Origin: Prorocentrum cordatum
Taxonomy: Eukaryota
DNA length: 64,000 nt
Assembly (NCBI GenBank): GCA_963575745.1
Contig: CAUYUJ010000001.1
Span: 2,232,001 to 2,296,000 of the forward strand
Reading direction: 5' to 3'
Shown: piece by piece, positions 62,135-64,000 of the stretch
Layout of the letters: each line of letters begins with the position of its first letter
Position numbering within the stretch: position 1 is the first letter of the stretch
Translations under genes and position numbers: made by a program
Notes under the pieces: generated by a model
The model's database searches: none
Seen by the model: only the letters and a program-made list of their open reading frames with translations
What the model was told of the DNA's origin: nothing

Positions 62135-63045
62135 TCCCTCACGCGTTCCGTGGCCCCATAGGGAGCTCCACCGAAGGCCCCAGTGGCAGGGTCCGCATGG
62201 CGGCCCCGCATTTTGGCGCACCCCTCACACGGTTCGTGGCCTCATAGGGAGCTCCACCGAAGGCCCCAATGGCAGGGTCCGCATGGCGGCCCCGCATGTT
62301 GGCGCACCCCTCACACGGTTCGTGGCCCCGCAGGGAGCTCCACCGAAGGCCCCAGTAGCAGGGTCCGCATGGCGGCCCCGCATTTTGGCGCACCCTTCAC
62401 ACGGTTCGTGGCCCCATAGGGAGCTCCACCGAAGGCCCCAATGGCAGGGTCCGCATGGCGGCCCCGCATGTTGGCTTGCCCCTCACACGGTTCGCGGCCC
62501 CATAGGGAGCTCCACCGAAGGCCCCAGTGGCAGGGTCCGCATGGCGGCCCCGCATTGGGGCGCACCCCTCACACGGTTCGTGGCCCCATAGGGAGCTCCA
62601 CCGAAGGCCCCAGTGGCAGGGTCCGCATGGCGGCCCCGCATTTTGGCGCACCCCTCACACGGTTCGTGGCCCCATAGGGAGCTCCACCGAAGGCCCCAGT
62701 GGCAGGGTCCGCATGGCGGCCCCGCATTTTGGCGCACCCCTCACACGGTTCGTGGCCCCATAGGGAGCTCCACCGAAGGCCCCAGTGGCAGGGTCCGCAT
62801 GGCGGCCCCGCCCCATGTTGGCGCACCCCTCACGCGGTTCGTGGCCCCATAGGGAGCTCCACCGAAGGCCCTAGTGGCAGGGTCCGCATGGCGGCCCCGC
62901 CCCATTTTGGCGCACCCCTCACACGGCTCGTGGCCCCATAGGGAGCTCCACCGAATGCCCCAGTGGCAGGGTCCGCATGGCGGCCCCGCCCCATTTTGGC
63001 GCACCCCTCACACGGCTCGTGGCCCCATAGGGAGCTCCACCGAAG
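62135..63045 (+). repeat. 86-89-bp tandem satellite (~10.5 near-identical units)
   Basis: Unit gttcgtggccccatagggagctccaccgaaggccccagtggcagggtccgcatggcggccccgcattttggcgcacccctcacacg. Confidence 0.97.
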
Positions 63046-64000
63046 ATGATGCCCACAATTGCGGTATTAACAATTACTTATGGTTGGGTCTTTCGCCAGG
63101 CTAATTTGAAGTCGGAATGTTCGTGTGGGCACGCATTGCATAACAGCTAGTGAATACGGAAGGGATTATGGAATGTACAGTATTGGGAGTTGCACTTTCG
63201 CAGTATTCTCAAATGCGTTTGGGTACGTCGGGGCTCCCGATTCCTCACCTGCGGGACCCCATGTGCGCCCCGACCGATCAGACACTGCAGAATGACTTAC
63301 GATTGGTGATCTTCGTCCTCCTCCTCCCCCATCACCCCCTCCTCCTCCATACCTGCTATCCTTCTTTAGTCCTCCCTCCTCCGTCCCCCACCGTCCGTCA
63401 TCCAGGTATCAGTGGTACCAGTTACTAGGAGTTGGAGACATGTGGCGTGACCGGCCAGAGCGAGAGCTTGAATGACATGTGTCCTTCCAGCGTTCGGCCC
63501 GTGTATGTCCAGGCGCAGTGATCCTCCACATTTGTAGCCTCCGTACGCTCCTCATGTGAATCCAGCCGTTTGTGTGCTTCCAGCTTCCCGGTAGACGCCC
63601 CTTTGCATACGCAGGCATGGTTGGCACGATGCGCAGAATTATCCTGGCGAAGGACACAACCATAAGGTAGTTGTGAGTACCGCCGTTGCGAGAACCGGCT
63701 TCGGTAGAGCTCCCTACGGAGCCACGGAACGCGTGAAGGGAGCGCACAAATGGGGCGGGGCCGCCATGCGGGCGCTGCCGTTGGGGCCGCCCGCAGGGGG
63801 CGCGGAGGTCAGACGAAACAGGTTACATGCTGATGTAACCCGTTGCGGCTGACAGGCATCAGGAGAAGTGGGAGAAGACATGTGGGCGCATCCACCGGAG
63901 CTTTACGTGGAGCTTCCGTTGTGGCCACGAAGCGCTGGAGGGGTGTGCCAACGTGGTGGGTGTGTGGCGGCATGCGAACGCACCCATTGGGGCCTCAGGT

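Noticed and set aside
62135..63045. CRISPR-like array or repeated small ORFs
   Set aside because: Head-to-tail satellite without spacers.

Overview
GC-rich eukaryotic DNA, very probably a dinoflagellate nuclear genome: there are two dinoflagellate spliced-leader (DinoSL) loci, a probable GA-donor intron and short direct repeats at intron ends. The window is dominated by decayed, nested mobile elements whose boundaries can be read base by base. These are: a full-length Ty1/Copia element (4124-14535; 114-bp LTRs, PBS, GCATC TSD) carrying a RapZ C-terminal-like cargo domain; a Helitron-like insertion splitting its RNase H, with a second copy at 42440-43307; a split-direct-repeat tyrosine-recombinase retrotransposon with a cytosine-methyltransferase-like domain sitting in a CAT array (16204-22164); a full-length LINE whose 5' end is a complete DinoSL plus an older relict SL, with a 14-bp TSD (29769-34863); and several 150-175-bp TIR elements with 5-bp TSDs. 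One of the TIR elements interrupts an SL-bearing RPL34 retrogene. Host genes are an M48-peptidase-like ORF lacking HExxH, RPL34, and a long multi-exon multi-pass membrane protein gene (~39.9-49.9 kb). The remainder is satellites and microsatellites. All domain calls come from motif recognition by eye; no database searches were run.
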